From positions 553 to 64,552 of the forward strand of contig JAGOOB010000001.1 of the NCBI GenBank assembly GCA_017992725.1: a stretch of 64,000 bases of DNA. Reading direction: 5' to 3'. The notes beneath the pieces are model-generated. The model was not told the DNA's origin, ran no database searches, and saw only the letters and a program-made list of their open reading frames with translations. Source of the DNA: Candidatus Woesebacteria bacterium. Lineage in GTDB: Bacteria > Patescibacteriota > Microgenomatia > UBA1400 > PJMF01. This document shows positions 1 through 9,111 of this stretch, piece after piece (the stretch's first letter is position 1; every line of letters starts with the position of its first letter). The translations under genes and the position numbers were made by a program.

Positions 1-930
1 TATTATCATTCCGTTTCTTATACCTTAAATAAAGATGGTCGTATGGATTACGAAGCGATTGAAAAACTAGCCATCAAACATAAACCCCAAATAATAGTCG
101 CTGGCATTACTGCCTATCCTCTAAAAATTAATTGGAGTAAATTTGCCAAAATTGCGGATAAAGTCGGGGCTTATTTAATGGCCGATGTTTCTCATCTTTC
201 TGGCTTGATTGTCGCAGGTGTCTATCCATCACCAGCGCCCTACGCTCATGTGATTACTACCACTACCCACAAAACGTTGCGCGGACCGCGAGGAGCAATG
301 ATCATGGTTACCAAAAAGGGTATAAAAAAGAATCCCGATCTACCAAAAATCATTGATAATGCCGTTTTTCCACGATTGCAGGGTGGACCTCATATCAACA
401 CTATTGCTGGCATTGGAGTAGCTCTCAAAGAAGCAATGACTCCTCGTTTCAAAAAATACGGTGCCCAAATTATTAAGAACAGTGAAACCTTAGCTAAAGA
501 ATTAAAAAGCAAAGGTTTTCATTTGGTAGCTGGGGGCAGTAATACCCACTTGATTTTAATTGATTTAAAAAACAAGGGTATTATTGGTAACTTAGCTGCT
601 GAGGCTTTGGAAGCAGCTAACATCGTTTTGAATCGTAATAGCGTTCCTTTTGATACCAATCCTCCTTTCTATCCTTCAGGAATTAGAATGGGCACTCCAG
701 GCATTACTAGTCGGGGTATGAAAGAAAAGGAAATGGTCAAAATTGCTACTTGGATTAGTGATATCATCGATGATATTGGTCGCCTCCAAAAAGAGCAAAA
801 ACTCAGTTTTGACCAAGTGAAAAAAAGTGCGGTTCGCCAAAAATTAATTGCTTCTTCGCAAGTAATTAAAGAAGTCAAAAAAGAAGTGCTTAAACTTTGT
901 CAAAAGTTCCCTATCCAAGCTGAATATTAA
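1..930 (+). CDS. glyA: Serine hydroxymethyltransferase, C-terminal part. The 5' end lies upstream of the window; frame 1 is open from position 1.
   Basis: The translation contains the PLP-lysine motif VITTTTHKTLRGPRG and FYPSGIRMGTP, both typical of SHMT. The reading frame continues upstream of the listed M at 43 (YYHSVSYTLNKDGR MDYEAIEKL matches the SHMT core). Confidence 0.9.
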   Translation, partial: YYHSVSYTLNKDGRMDYEAIEKLAIKHKPQIIVAGITAYPLKINWSKFAKIADKVGAYLMADVSHLSGLIVAGVYPSPAPYAHVITTTTHKTLRGPRGAMIMVTKKGIKKNPDLPKIIDNAVFPRLQGGPHINTIAGIGVALKEAMTPRFKKYGAQIIKNSETLAKELKSKGFHLVAGGSNTHLILIDLKNKGIIGNLAAEALEAANIVLNRNSVPFDTNPPFYPSGIRMGTPGITSRGMKEKEMVKIATWISDIIDDIGRLQKEQKLSFDQVKKSAVRQKLIASSQVIKEVKKEVLKLCQKFPIQAEY

Positions 931-968
931 TTAAAGAAAACAAAAATTCTTAAAAAGAAAGATCATTC

Positions 969-2600
969 ATGCAATCAGACATTGAAATCGCTCAAGCTAC
1001 TAAACTAAAGCCCATCAAAGAGGTGGCGCAATCGATTGGTATTAGTGAACAGTATTTGGAATATTATGGCAACAGCAAAGCCAAAATTAGTCTAGATATT
1101 TGGGATAAGTTGGATCAAAAAAAGGATGGAAAGCTAGTTTTGGTCACGGCCATGACCCCCACTCCAGCTGGAGAAGGTAAAACTACCACTACGGTTGGTT
1201 TGGGACAGGCTTTGTGGAGCCTTGGTAAGAAATCAATGATTTGTTTGCGTGAACCATCTTTAGGACCAGTTTTTGGCATCAAGGGCGGGGCAGCAGGTGG
1301 AGGTTATGCTCAAGTTTTACCCATGGAAGATATTAATTTGCATTTTACCGGTGATCTTCACGCAGTTGGAGCAGCGAATAATTTGTTGGCTACTTTAATT
1401 GACAATCATATTCATCATGGTAATAGTTTGCAGATCGATCCTCGTAAAATCACCTGGAGACGTTGTGTCGATATGAGTGATCGGAGTTTACGATCAATTG
1501 TCATCGCTCTTGGAAGAGGCAATGGTCTAACCAGACAAGATGGTTATGACATTACTGTTGCTTCAGAAGTGATGGCTATTCTCTGTCTGGCAAAAGACAT
1601 CAAGGATTTAAAAAAACGGTTAGAAAAAATGGTTGTCGCTACGAACACCAAAGGTGAACCAGTCACCGCTAAAGATCTGCAGGCTGCCGGAGCAATGACC
1701 GTTTTACTTAAAGACGCTATCAAGCCGAATTTAGTGCAAACTATAGAGGGTTCACCAGCTTTTATTCATGGCGGACCGTTTGCCAATATCGCCCATGGGT
1801 GCAATTCTTTAATTGCTACTAGAACTGCTCTTAAATTGGCCGACATTGTGGTGACTGAAGCAGGTTTCGGTGCGGATTTGGGAGCGGAAAAATTCTTTGA
1901 TATTAAATGTCGAATGGGCAAAATCAAACCCAATGCGGTAGTTATAGTTGGCACGGTAAGAGCGCTCAAACATCATGGTAAGGGCGTGCTAAAAGATGGT
2001 CTCGCTAACTTAGGCAAGCATATTGAAAATATCCAAAAATTTGGTTTACCACTGGTCGTAGCCATCAATAAGTTCGATACTGACACTCCACAGGAAATAA
2101 AACTAATTGAAAAATATTGTGAAGAGCACGGAGTAAAAGCGATCATGTCTGAAGTGTGGGCTAAAGGAGCTGCGGGTGGTCAAGATTTAGCTAAAGAAGT
2201 ATTAAATTTGGTCAATCAAGAAAATCATTTCAAATATATTTACGATCCGCAAAAAGGTCTGAAAAATTCTGTCGAAGAAATTGTCAGTAAAGTTTATGGT
2301 GGTGATGGGGTAATTTGGAGCGCCGCGGCTAGACAAGCAATAAAAAGATTTGAAAAATGGCATATCACCGGTTTACCAATTTGTATGGCTAAAACTCAAG
2401 CTTCAATTTCTGATAATCCAAAATTACTGGGCAGACCAGAAGGTTTTAAAGTTAAAGTTAGAGAGATCCGCTTAAGTGCTGGAGCTGGTTTCTTCGTAGT
2501 TATCGCCGGCGACATTATGACTATGCCAGGTCTACCCAAACAACCCGCTTCTGACAATATCGATATTGACGATCAGGGAAAAATAGTTGGTTTGTTCTAA
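969..2600 (+). CDS. fhs: Formate--tetrahydrofolate ligase (formyltetrahydrofolate synthetase)
   Basis: 543 aa. Contains the [15 protein letters not shown] glycine-rich loop and overall FTHFS architecture. Confidence 0.9.
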   Translation: MQSDIEIAQATKLKPIKEVAQSIGISEQYLEYYGNSKAKISLDIWDKLDQKKDGKLVLVTAMTPTPAGEGKTTTTVGLGQALWSLGKKSMICLREPSLGPVFGIKGGAAGGGYAQVLPMEDINLHFTGDLHAVGAANNLLATLIDNHIHHGNSLQIDPRKITWRRCVDMSDRSLRSIVIALGRGNGLTRQDGYDITVASEVMAILCLAKDIKDLKKRLEKMVVATNTKGEPVTAKDLQAAGAMTVLLKDAIKPNLVQTIEGSPAFIHGGPFANIAHGCNSLIATRTALKLADIVVTEAGFGADLGAEKFFDIKCRMGKIKPNAVVIVGTVRALKHHGKGVLKDGLANLGKHIENIQKFGLPLVVAINKFDTDTPQEIKLIEKYCEEHGVKAIMSEVWAKGAAGGQDLAKEVLNLVNQENHFKYIYDPQKGLKNSVEEIVSKVYGGDGVIWSAAARQAIKRFEKWHITGLPICMAKTQASISDNPKLLGRPEGFKVKVREIRLSAGAGFFVVIAGDIMTMPGLPKQPASDNIDIDDQGKIVGLF

Positions 2601-2641
2601 CTATTTGTTCTAGCTATTTGTTCTAGCTACTTGTTCTAGCT
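2601..2641. repeat. Tandem repeat: 13-bp unit ctatttgttctag x3 (third copy has one substitution), directly after the fhs stop codon.
   Basis: Read directly: ctatttgttctag ctatttgttctag ctacttgttctag. Confidence 0.6.
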
Positions 2642-2700
2642 AAACGAGATTAATAAGATTATAAAAAACTTGCTCAGGTTCGGGCAAGAGTGAGGAGTGT

Positions 2701-3561
2701 ATGGCTCAATTAATTGATGGTCAAGCTTTATCGAAAAAAATTCAAAAACGCATTGCCACAGAAGTAAGCACTTTAAAATTTAAACCTGGCTTAGCGGTGG
2801 TTTTAGTCGGTAATGATCCAGCTTCACAAGTTTATGTGAGAAATAAAGAGAAAGCTTGCCAAGCTGTAGGTTTTTATAGTGAAAAAATTGTTTTAGAGGA
2901 AAATATCACTCAAGACAAATTGTTAGCGGTTATTAAGGAATTAAACAACAATCCCAAAATTCATGGTATTCTAGTCCAATTACCGCTACCCCAACATTTA
3001 GATGAAAAAATTGTCATTGATAACATCAGTCCTGAAAAAGATGTTGATGTTTTTCATCCTTATAATGTCGGTGAACTTTTCTTACAAAAACGCTTAAAAA
3101 ACCTGGATGAACTCCTCGCCCCCTGCACTCCCAAAGGAATTATGAGAATGTTGGAAGAATATCAAATTGAGTTGAGTGGCAAAAAAGTGGTTGTGCTAGG
3201 ACGAAGTAATTTGGTCGGTAAACCGATCGCTCTTATGCTTTTAGCAAGCGATGCCACTGTAGAAATCTGTCATTCTCATACCAAAAATTTAGCTGATATC
3301 ACTGCTCAAGCTGATATTTTGATTGCTGCTATCGGTCAAGCCAATTTTGTAACAAAAAATATGGTTAAAGAAAAAGCGGTCGTCATTGATGTCGGCATTA
3401 ATCGAACAAAAGAGGGCTTGGTCGGTGATGTGGATTTTGCAGCAGTGGAAAAAATTGCCGCTTACATTACGCCCGTACCAGGTGGCGTCGGCCCAATGAC
3501 TATTGCTTGTTTACTAGAAAACACTTTGTTGTTGGCCAAAAAACAAAACCAAGCTCATTGA
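2701..3561 (+). CDS. folD: Bifunctional methylenetetrahydrofolate dehydrogenase/cyclohydrolase
   Basis: 286 aa with a FolD-like N-terminus (MAQLIDGQALSKKIQ...) and a YITPVPGGVGPMT C-terminal motif. A GAGGAG RBS lies 6 nt upstream of the ATG. Confidence 0.9.
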   Translation: MAQLIDGQALSKKIQKRIATEVSTLKFKPGLAVVLVGNDPASQVYVRNKEKACQAVGFYSEKIVLEENITQDKLLAVIKELNNNPKIHGILVQLPLPQHLDEKIVIDNISPEKDVDVFHPYNVGELFLQKRLKNLDELLAPCTPKGIMRMLEEYQIELSGKKVVVLGRSNLVGKPIALMLLASDATVEICHSHTKNLADITAQADILIAAIGQANFVTKNMVKEKAVVIDVGINRTKEGLVGDVDFAAVEKIAAYITPVPGGVGPMTIACLLENTLLLAKKQNQAH

Positions 3562-4139
3562 TTTTTTGTAAGGCCTGCTGAGTTTAAATTTTTCTGACCC
3601 CAATGACTAATTTGGGTTAACCATAATAGTTCTGTTAAAAACTTTTCTATTCGTGGCAAATAAGCCAAATCCAACAAATTACCATCATTATCAAACAGTT
3701 GCCTCACGTTAGAAAAATTCAAATCAACTTTCGAAATTAGCAAGCCAAAACTGCGTAAAACAGGTAGTAGTGATTCTATAGCTCTTACTCCTCCCCATGG
3801 ACCACTCGACACGCTAGCTAAAGCGACTGGTTTGTGTAAATAGATAGCATATTCGCTATCTAGAGCCCGTTTAAGTGCTGCTGGATATCCATGATTATAT
3901 TCTGGTAAAACAATCAATAAGGCGTCTGCTTCTTCAATTATTTGTTTATAAGCTGGATCACTGAGTGCTGGTTCTTGATCATCTTGGGAAAAGTGAAATT
4001 GAAGCAAATCTACTACTTGAGGTTCAAAACCGACAAAACTTTGCGCTGCTTTTTCTATTAATCTGGCTACCAGCATCGATTGTCTATTCGTGCGATTGGT
4101 GCCGACAATAATGGCTAATTTAAAGTCTTTCTTTGTCAT
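3555..4139 (-). CDS. NADPH-dependent FMN reductase family oxidoreductase (flavodoxin-like fold)
   Basis: MTKKDFKLAIIVGTNRTNRQS ... VLPEYNHGYPAALKRALD is typical of the NADPH-dependent FMN reductase family. The start was moved to the internal ATG at 4139; the 41-codon upstream extension in the ORF track runs into AT-rich intergenic sequence. The 3' end overlaps the folD stop convergently. Confidence 0.7.
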   Translation of the reverse strand: MTKKDFKLAIIVGTNRTNRQSMLVARLIEKAAQSFVGFEPQVVDLLQFHFSQDDQEPALSDPAYKQIIEEADALLIVLPEYNHGYPAALKRALDSEYAIYLHKPVALASVSSGPWGGVRAIESLLPVLRSFGLLISKVDLNFSNVRQLFDNDGNLLDLAYLPRIEKFLTELLWLTQISHWGQKNLNSAGLTKNQ

Positions 4140-4272
4140 AGTGACTATTATAGTACAATGATGAAAACGGCAGTCGTTGATTACTATAGCTGTCGGCGAG
4201 ATGTCAATTGTATAATAACTAATGGTGACTATCAGGTGTTTGCCGAACCTGGAAAAAGTCATTTAACAATTT

Positions 4273-4347
4273 GCTTCTGTAGTTCAGTGGATAGAACGTT
4301 GGTTTCCGGAACCAAAGACGGGGGTTCGATTCCCTTCAGAAGCACCA
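4273..4347 (+). tRNA. tRNA-Arg (anticodon CCG), CCA encoded
   Basis: The sequence GCTTCTG TA GTTC AGTGGATA GAAC G TTGGT TTCCGGA ACCAA AGAC GGGGG TTCGATT CCCTT CAGAAGC A CCA folds by hand into a cloverleaf. The acceptor stem has 7 perfect pairs, the T-loop is TTCGATT, and the anticodon loop is TTCCGGA. Confidence 0.85.
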
Positions 4348-4395
4348 AGACAACTTGAGAAGAACCAGAACTGCCTGCAAAAAGACCAAGGTTGC

Positions 4396-4441
4396 TAGTT
4401 ACTTGATTAAGACTGAGATTACTAGTTACTTGATCAAGACT
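4396..4441. repeat. Two direct copies of a 19-bp element (tagttacttgatNaagact) spaced 27 bp apart, about 50 bp downstream of tRNA-Arg
   Basis: Read directly: ctagttacttgattaagact gagatta ctagttacttgatcaagact. Confidence 0.5.
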
Positions 4442-4601
4442 AGTATTTTCTCAGTTCCATGCTATAATCTATCCTGTCTTAAATTGAAAACGTGTCGAGG
4501 TCCAATATAATTTCCTCCATAGTTCAAAATACAAGACGACCCTAATTTTAGGGTGAGTATTATTATCTTTGCAAATGTTTTTGCAAGGGAAAAAGGAAAA
4601 C

Positions 4602-4958
4602 ATGTCTGATAACAGACAAGAAGAGGAAAACAAGAAAAAGCTCTTTGTTGGCAACCTACCTTTCACTGCCACTCAAGAAGAACTTCAAGAAGTTTTCTCA
4701 AAATTTGGTGAAATCACCAATGTAAATTTAATCACTGATCGTATGTCAGGCCGACCTAAGGGTTTTGGCTTCATCGAATATGCAAGTGAAGAAGAAGCCC
4801 AAGCCGCTATTGACGGTATGGCTGGTCAAAAAATTGGCGATCGAGAGGTTATCGTTAATTTGGCTAGACCTCGTCAACCTCGTACTAATCGAGGTGGCTT
4901 TGGTGGTCAACGTAATTACGGCGGTAATCGTTCAGATAATCGTAGTAATCGCTATTAA
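4602..4958 (+). CDS. RRM-type RNA-binding protein with a glycine/arginine-rich tail
   Basis: KLFVGNLPFTATQEELQEVF (RNP-2) and KGFGFIEY (RNP-1) are present, followed by an RGG/GGN tail. The start was set to the ATG at 4602, which follows an AAAAGGAAAA RBS; the track's TTG at 4569 was rejected. Confidence 0.85.
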   Translation: MSDNRQEEENKKKLFVGNLPFTATQEELQEVFSKFGEITNVNLITDRMSGRPKGFGFIEYASEEEAQAAIDGMAGQKIGDREVIVNLARPRQPRTNRGGFGGQRNYGGNRSDNRSNRY

Positions 4959-4984
4959 ATCAAGCAATTGTTTTAAAAAGAAAA

Positions 4985-5010
4985 AACCAGCTCTTCGGGG
5001 CTGGTTTTTT
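4985..5010 (+). terminator. Rho-independent terminator of the RRM-protein gene
   Basis: AACCAGCTCTTCGGGGCTGGTTTTTT forms a GC-rich stem followed by a T-run. Confidence 0.7.
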
Positions 5011-5075
5011 AGTAGCTAAACGGTACAAGTTTTGCTTGTCAATTTGTTGTCTAAATTACAATTAATAATAGAAAA

Positions 5076-5891
5076 GTGAGCTCAAACTCCAAATTAATTA
5101 TCAATGAAGTCTTTCCCAATCCAGACACTGGTAGTGAGTGGATAGAAATTTACTATGTGGGCGAAAATCCAGTGTTGGCGAGTGACTACATTAACTTTAG
5201 TATTAGTGATGATAAGCGGATAATTTATACCTTTCAAGGTGATGAGGTTTGGTCGGATAATTTTTTAGTAGTTGCAGTTGCTGGCCTTAATAATGATCAG
5301 GACAGTGTCATTCTCAAAAATGCTGAAGAGCTGGTGATCGACCAAATGAGCTACACACTCAGTCAAAAAAATTTAAGTTGGTTAAGAATAAATGAGCAAG
5401 AATCAAACTTTATTTTAGGAGAAGCCAGCCCCCTCCAATTTAACAATATTCCGCCTAGCGCAACCCCCAGTCCAAATTCTACTCTTTCACCCTTGCCAAG
5501 CCCTTCACTAACTAGTCCTAGCCCGCATCCTAATCCCGATGTCATTAACACACCCACTCCCACACCTAGTCCTATAGATCTGGCACAAAATAATAATACT
5601 AACCAAGTAGAAACTAAACCTGATAAAAAACAAAATTATCACCAATTGTCCCCAGAAGAATTAGCTCAAAATTATTTTAACAACTACCAAGATTATCATA
5701 ATCTGCAGATCACTTACTCACAAGAAAAACAATTTCCTCAAACGCGCCTAGTATTTCTTGGTCAAAAAATGCTCAAACCAGCAATTATCGATGCTATAAT
5801 AGGAAGTTCTTTACTGGTTCTAGCAGCAATTTTATTAAGTTATGATAACAAAACCAAAAAGGAAAAAGAGCGCTTTTCTTCTTTATTTTAG
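5076..5891 (+). CDS. Lamin-tail-domain (LTD) protein with a Pro/Ser/Thr-rich linker and a C-terminal TM anchor
   Basis: The N-terminus (LIINEVFPNPDTGSEWIEIYYVG) matches the LTD signature. A PSATPSPNSTLSPLPSPS low-complexity linker follows, then a C-terminal hydrophobic helix. The GTG start at 5076 is the only start codon after the upstream in-frame stop. Confidence 0.6.
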   Translation: MSSNSKLIINEVFPNPDTGSEWIEIYYVGENPVLASDYINFSISDDKRIIYTFQGDEVWSDNFLVVAVAGLNNDQDSVILKNAEELVIDQMSYTLSQKNLSWLRINEQESNFILGEASPLQFNNIPPSATPSPNSTLSPLPSPSLTSPSPHPNPDVINTPTPTPSPIDLAQNNNTNQVETKPDKKQNYHQLSPEELAQNYFNNYQDYHNLQITYSQEKQFPQTRLVFLGQKMLKPAIIDAIIGSSLLVLAAILLSYDNKTKKEKERFSSLF

Positions 5892-6243
5892 AGCTTATTT
5901 ACCCAGCATACTCTGGGCCAGCCTAATTTTTTTCCTTTCCAATCAACAGACACTACCAGGTTTCGATTTATCTCTTTTAGATTTTCTCTTTAAAAAATCC
6001 GCCCATATCTTTGTCTATGCAGTACTTTACTACCTACTTTTTTGGGCTTATTTAAAAACTAATCCTAGCCAGACACTGAATAAGAAGCATTATGTAATCC
6101 CCTTAATAATCGGCCTCATTTATGCGCTGAGTGACGAACTACATCAATCAACAGTTAATGGCCGTCATCCGAAGCTGCGAGATGTCGCTTATGATTTTTT
6201 AGGAATGATGTCTATATTGTTACATCAACAAAAATTACTATAA
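5842..6243 (+). CDS. VanZ-like family membrane protein
   Basis: Several TM helices plus the C-terminal DELHQSTVNGRHPKLRDVAYDFLG motif typical of VanZ. The ATG at 5842 overlaps the LTD gene by 50 nt, so the start is uncertain. Confidence 0.55.
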   Translation: MITKPKRKKSAFLLYFRAYLPSILWASLIFFLSNQQTLPGFDLSLLDFLFKKSAHIFVYAVLYYLLFWAYLKTNPSQTLNKKHYVIPLIIGLIYALSDELHQSTVNGRHPKLRDVAYDFLGMMSILLHQQKLL

Positions 6244-6250
6244 TTGCTAC

Positions 6251-6267
6251 TTGACTTAATAAGTCAA
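6251..6267. promoter_or_regulatory. Perfect 8-1-8 palindrome TTGACTTA-A-TAAGTCAA overlapping a TTGACT -35-like hexamer upstream of hup
   Basis: Read directly. It lies about 60 nt upstream of the hup ATG, and the AAAAGGAGAAAACC RBS follows. Confidence 0.35.
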
Positions 6268-6325
6268 ACTAGTACACTAATTCATACGTAAAAGGACTAT
6301 TTAAAAGTTAAAAAAGGAGAAAACC

Positions 6326-6601
6326 ATGACCAAATCTGAATTAATCAACGTAGTAGCCAAAAAAGCCCATCTTACTAAAAAAGCTGCTGGTGAAGCAGTA
6401 GAGGCAGTATTTGATGAGGTAATTCGTACCCTAAAAAAGGGTGATAAAGCCGTTATTTCTGGCTTTGGTACTTTTTATGTAGGAAAAGTCGAAGATAAGC
6501 ATGTTGAACCTTTTGGCGATAAAACCAAACGCCAATTAGTTAAAGGTCACCGCGTGGTTAATTTCCGCGTGGGCAAACCTCTCAAAAGAGAAATTTGGTA
6601 A
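6326..6601 (+). CDS. hup: Nucleoid-associated DNA-binding protein HU
   Basis: 91 aa. MTKSELI...GFGTF...R.GRNP-like core. A strong AGGAG RBS precedes it. Confidence 0.9.
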   Translation: MTKSELINVVAKKAHLTKKAAGEAVEAVFDEVIRTLKKGDKAVISGFGTFYVGKVEDKHVEPFGDKTKRQLVKGHRVVNFRVGKPLKREIW

Positions 6602-6623
6602 TTTTTCTAAAATAAAATAATTA

Positions 6624-6650
6624 AAAACCCACCGCTTGGTGGGTTTTTTG
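6624..6650. terminator. Bidirectional rho-independent terminator between convergent hup and rpsI
   Basis: AAACCCACC GCTT GGTGGGTTTTTTG, with A/T runs on both sides. Confidence 0.75.
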
Positions 6651-6683
6651 TATCTATAATCAATTGCTAATAAATGAAACTGT

Positions 6684-7193
6684 TTAACGCTTAGGTGATT
6701 GTCGTTTACGACGAGCTTTACCACCACGACCAACTTTTCTAGTTTCTTTCATCCGATCGTCACGAGTGAGTAAACCTGCCGGTTTTAAAAAGGTACGAAA
6801 CTCTGGATTATATTTAACCAAGGCACTGGCCAAACCATGGACCACTGCATCAAGTTGGGCTCTTTTTCCTGAGCCACTCACTCGGGCCGATAAGGCAAAT
6901 TTACCTTTAGTACCTGTTAAATTAAAAGGTTGCATATAAATGGCTGCAGCATTACGAATACCAGAAAAATAATCAGCTATTAACTCTTGATTGACGACTA
7001 AATCGCCATTACCTTCATAAATTCGTACTCGAGCAGTAGCAATTTTCCGATGACCGGTAGCTTCAGTATATTTATTGCTTGGTAATTTAAAATCGACAGC
7101 CGATTTACTTTGAGCCATTTTGGCATTAATTTTTGGAGTTTTTTTAACTACTTTTTTAACCTTGCTGGTTTTTTTATTCATGCGAATTGCCAT
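6684..7193 (-). CDS. rpsI: 30S ribosomal protein S9, with a ~50-aa lysine-rich N-terminal extension
   Basis: The C-terminus GRGGKARRKRQSPKR and its core are typical of S9. The N-terminal MNKKTSKVKKVVKK extension is unusual. Confidence 0.9.
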   Translation of the reverse strand: MAIRMNKKTSKVKKVVKKTPKINAKMAQSKSAVDFKLPSNKYTEATGHRKIATARVRIYEGNGDLVVNQELIADYFSGIRNAAAIYMQPFNLTGTKGKFALSARVSGSGKRAQLDAVVHGLASALVKYNPEFRTFLKPAGLLTRDDRMKETRKVGRGGKARRKRQSPKR

Positions 7194-7194
7194 A

Positions 7195-7623
7195 TTATTT
7201 TGCCTTTATCAAATTTTTGTAGGGGTGTTGATCACCAACGATGATTTTGAGTCTTGCTAAACGTTGATCACGTAAGCGATTCTTAGGCAGCATATTTTTG
7301 ACTGCTTGTTCAATCACTTTACTAGGATTTTTTTCAATCATTTCATTAAAAGTTCTCTGTTTAAGGCCACCGGGGAAACCCGTGTGTCGATAGTAAATTT
7401 TTTTGCTAGCCTTGTTACGGGTTACCTCAATTTTTTCCGCATTAATAACCACTACATAATCGCCATTGTCATTATGCGGAGTATATGTCACTTTGTGCTT
7501 ACCAATGAGTTTTTGCGCTACTTCCGTCGCTAAACGACCTAAAACTTGGCCTTCCGCATTGTATTCATACCACTGACGAGTGATTGCTTCTTTTTTTTCA
7601 ATAAAAGTTTTATTTTTTGGCAT
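7195..7623 (-). CDS. rplM: 50S ribosomal protein L13
   Basis: 142 aa. TRQWYEYNAEGQVLGRLATEVAQKLIGKHK matches the L13 N-terminus. Confidence 0.9.
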   Translation of the reverse strand: MPKNKTFIEKKEAITRQWYEYNAEGQVLGRLATEVAQKLIGKHKVTYTPHNDNGDYVVVINAEKIEVTRNKASKKIYYRHTGFPGGLKQRTFNEMIEKNPSKVIEQAVKNMLPKNRLRDQRLARLKIIVGDQHPYKNLIKAK

Positions 7624-7633
7624 GTTTCTTTAC

Positions 7634-8095
7634 TTATTTTTTCTTTTTAGTAGTTTCTTTTTTTGTCTCGGTTTTTTTGCTGGCACTGGCTTTTTTGTCA
7701 GTTTTGTTGCTATCATTTTTCAAACTCTGCCACTTTTTCTCTTCTACCAACAAACTCAATCGATAAACCGGCATATTATCACCACGTCGATTAGCTAACT
7801 TTTCTAAACTACAAAAACCACTTTTGCGCTCAGCGACTGCCGGCACTACCTGATCAAACAAAGTATTAACTACGTCTCTCTTACCAAAGTAACGATGAAT
7901 GCGCCGTCGCGTAGCCACATCTCCCTTTTGAGCCTGATTAATTAATTTATCTGCTAAACGACGAATTTCTTTAGCTCGGGCTTCACTAGTTTCAATTTGG
8001 CCATGTTCAATTAAACCACGTAAAGAATTACGCAATAAAGCCTTCCGGCTCTGCGTATCACGATTAAAATGTTTAGCTTTAACTCCGTGTTTCAT
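7634..8095 (-). CDS. rplQ: 50S ribosomal protein L17 with a K-rich C-terminal tail
   Basis: MKHGVKAKHFNRDTQSRKALLRNSL aligns with the MRHRKSGRKLNRTSSHRKAM pattern of L17. Confidence 0.9.
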   Translation of the reverse strand: MKHGVKAKHFNRDTQSRKALLRNSLRGLIEHGQIETSEARAKEIRRLADKLINQAQKGDVATRRRIHRYFGKRDVVNTLFDQVVPAVAERKSGFCSLEKLANRRGDNMPVYRLSLLVEEKKWQSLKNDSNKTDKKASASKKTETKKETTKKKK

Positions 8096-8104
8096 ATCTC
8101 ATTC

Positions 8105-9055
8105 CTAAGCTGATAAAACCACTCCTTTTTTGGATAGGGCTTCCTCAATTAAATCAATGCTTTTACCACCAAGATTTTTAACCTTAGAAATCTCGGTTTT
8201 ATTAGCAGCTTTGAGATCTTTCACTGTCTCAAAACCACCTTTACGGAGAGCGTTAGCAATCCGTGTTGGTAGATCCAATTCTTCAACAGTTAAACGCATC
8301 ACTTCTAGTTCCTCAGGACTGATCGCTGGTAACTCTTCTTTAACTTCTGGTAAAACCGGATCAATAATTTGTTTAAATTGCGCTAATAAAATTTCACTAG
8401 CTTTTTTAACGGCTTCGAGTGGAGTAATACTACCATCGGTTTGAATGTCAAAAACAATCCGATCATAGTCAGTTCGACTACCAACTCGTGTCGCTTCAAC
8501 ATGATACGCTACTTTAATAACTGGGGAAAATAACGCATCAACAGCAATTTGACCAACATTCTCCAACTCAATTTCACTTGCCAATTTATAACCGATTCCA
8601 GGTTCAACGATCATTTCAATATTCAAATTCTTACCCTTGGTTAAAGTGGCTAGATAGAGTTGTTTATTAATTACTTCAAAACCAGCTTCACACTCGATGT
8701 CTTTGGCCGTAATTTCTTTAGGGCCCTTCACATTTAAACGTAAGACACCAGTTTCTGCACTGTCGGATTTAATGCGAATGTTTTTTAAATTTAAAATTAG
8801 ATCCACTACATCCTCTTTTAAACCTTCATAAGTGCTAAATTGATGACTAATGCCATCAATACTTAATTTAGTAATAGCCAATCCTGGCAATGACGTCAAT
8901 AATACTCGACGTAGAGCATTACCCAAAGTGTGACCATAACCACTTTCCAATGGCTCAATCACAATTGTTGATCTCGAACCATTGCTTTCTACTTCGCTAA
9001 CAGTAAAAATTGGGTTCATAACGCTGTAATTATTTGCGTTGTCTGTCATATTCAT
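8105..9055 (-). CDS. rpoA: DNA-directed RNA polymerase subunit alpha
   Basis: 316 aa with an N-terminal dimerisation domain (GYGHTLGNALRRVLLTSLPG) and a C-terminal alphaCTD. Confidence 0.92.
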   Translation of the reverse strand: MNMTDNANNYSVMNPIFTVSEVESNGSRSTIVIEPLESGYGHTLGNALRRVLLTSLPGLAITKLSIDGISHQFSTYEGLKEDVVDLILNLKNIRIKSDSAETGVLRLNVKGPKEITAKDIECEAGFEVINKQLYLATLTKGKNLNIEMIVEPGIGYKLASEIELENVGQIAVDALFSPVIKVAYHVEATRVGSRTDYDRIVFDIQTDGSITPLEAVKKASEILLAQFKQIIDPVLPEVKEELPAISPEELEVMRLTVEELDLPTRIANALRKGGFETVKDLKAANKTEISKVKNLGGKSIDLIEEALSKKGVVLSA

Positions 9056-9111
9056 TTTCTCCTTTGTTTCGCCTCCCTCTGCTGAGGAATCCGTTTCTAG
9101 ATTTATAATTA

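Noticed and set aside
4140-4262. 41-codon 5' extension of the FMN reductase ORF
   Set aside because: The extension (MTFSRFGKHLIVTISYY...) lies in the AT-rich intergenic region beside the tRNA. The conserved N-terminus MTKKDFKLAIIVG starts at the internal ATG.
4765-5019. 84-aa plus-strand ORF overlapping the RRM-protein gene and its terminator
   Set aside because: It is an alternative frame of a well-supported gene and runs through the terminator hairpin.
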